Assembly (NCBI GenBank): GCA_004431415.1
Contig: QPMI01000035.1
Location: 241,352-305,351, forward strand
DNA from: Cyanophora paradoxa CCMP329
Lineage: Eukaryota > Plantae > Glaucophyta
Length of the DNA stretch: 64,000 bases
Direction of reading: 5' to 3'
Shown: in pieces, positions 63,292 through 64,000 of the stretch
Layout of the letters: every line of letters starts with the position of its first letter
How positions within the stretch are numbered: the first letter of the stretch is position 1
Notes under the pieces: model-generated
Told to the model about the DNA's origin: nothing
The model's input: the letters and a program-made list of their open reading frames with translations, nothing else
Databases searched by the model: none
Program-made: the position numbers and the translations under genes

Positions 63292-63348
63292 TGGTAGTTT
63301 GGCTTGTCTGCCGACTTTTTTTTTCTTTCCTTCTTAGTAAAATAAGCA

Positions 63349-64000
63349 ATGGGCGAATATAATCGGGTTCAGTTACCTATCTATTCACTTGGATCCCCTG
63401 CAAATATTTTCGCCAACACGAAGTCATGATGAGGTTCGCGGTCTGGAATCCACTGAACGACCTAATTCGAATGGTAACTTTTGACAAAAACTCAATGATT
63501 CGAGTAAAAGAACTTCGAGCTGACAAGAACTCAGGTGTGGTTAAAACAACTCGACTACTCGTATCTAATGCAATTCTTCCAACCAACTAATGGTGGCCCT
63601 GATGCTTATGGTGTTGATCTGAAAGCCCTTGACTTCGATAAGAATTCTGCTGCTGTTACTGTGAGAGAGGGAGCTTTATTGGCGGTGGCTGCAGAATTTC
63701 AGGTCAACTCTCTTCGATTGCATACAATGATGTCCCGGATTCCTTGAACAAAATGTTGAAAATCCACAAACGAATTCGGTTCTATACACCAGTTGCACAG
63801 CACCTTTTCTTCACTTCTATGTTGCATCATCTGTCACTCTTGAAAATTCAGAGTTGGTTCCATTACAGGAACTGATCGTGTGAGAAGGATATTCCTCTTC
63901 CACAGCATGCTTTCGATGTGCAGAGCAAACAACAATCAACCAGTCACAATTACCTTTTCTTTGTTCAAGCATCAAATCATTTCGGTCGGGATATTGTGTA
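63349..64000 (+). CDS. Hypothetical viral protein (frameshifted, runs off the window)
   Basis: AT-rich leader then ATG MGEYNRVQLP..., followed by co-oriented coding-like fragments to the end. Confidence 0.4.

Larger units (their letters stand above)
44400..64000. mobile_element. Endogenous Polinton/Maverick-like (Polinton-like virus) element; left boundary approximate, right end beyond the window
   Basis: Abrupt GC drop and tightly packed genes with no recognisable canonical introns, encoding pPolB, RVE integrase, A32-like ATPase, DJR MCP and penton-like proteins. Confidence 0.93.

Overview
Two compartments. (1) About 1-44,300 is GC-rich, intron-dense nuclear DNA of a eukaryote, probably a protist or alga. 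Reconstructed spliced host genes: a large repeat-built type-I membrane protein with a LamG-like domain, a coiled-coil/HECT E3 ligase, a secreted PKD-domain protein, an F-box/TolB-like beta-propeller gene head-to-head with a PP2C phosphatase, a response-regulator receiver protein, a DUF4062-NACHT-TPR STAND NTPase, and only the 3' half of a CPA1 Na+/H+ antiporter. A transposon-rich block at ~30.2-36.2 kb holds an L1/Tx1-type RT, a TSD-flanked retroposon and a MITE. Several introns are GC-AG. (2) From ~44,400 to the window end, composition switches abruptly to an AT-richer, gene-dense endogenous Polinton/Maverick-like DNA virus with no recognisable canonical introns. It encodes a protein-primed PolB (with vOTU-like motifs), RVE integrase, HNH-AP2 endonuclease, packaging ATPase, double-jelly-roll MCP, two divergently transcribed penton-like genes, a patatin phospholipase with a discoidin-like tail, and a ~5.5 kb frameshifted phage-type tail-fibre gene ending in a peptidase-S74 chaperone. 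The most unusual signal is a ~30-35 bp hairpin element (AGTCGnnAGACAAGC...) in the virus. It marks gene 3' ends, shows compensatory stem changes, and interrupts one compact viral gene twice with the same frame offset. All calls come from manual motif reading; no searches were run and exon boundaries are approximate.
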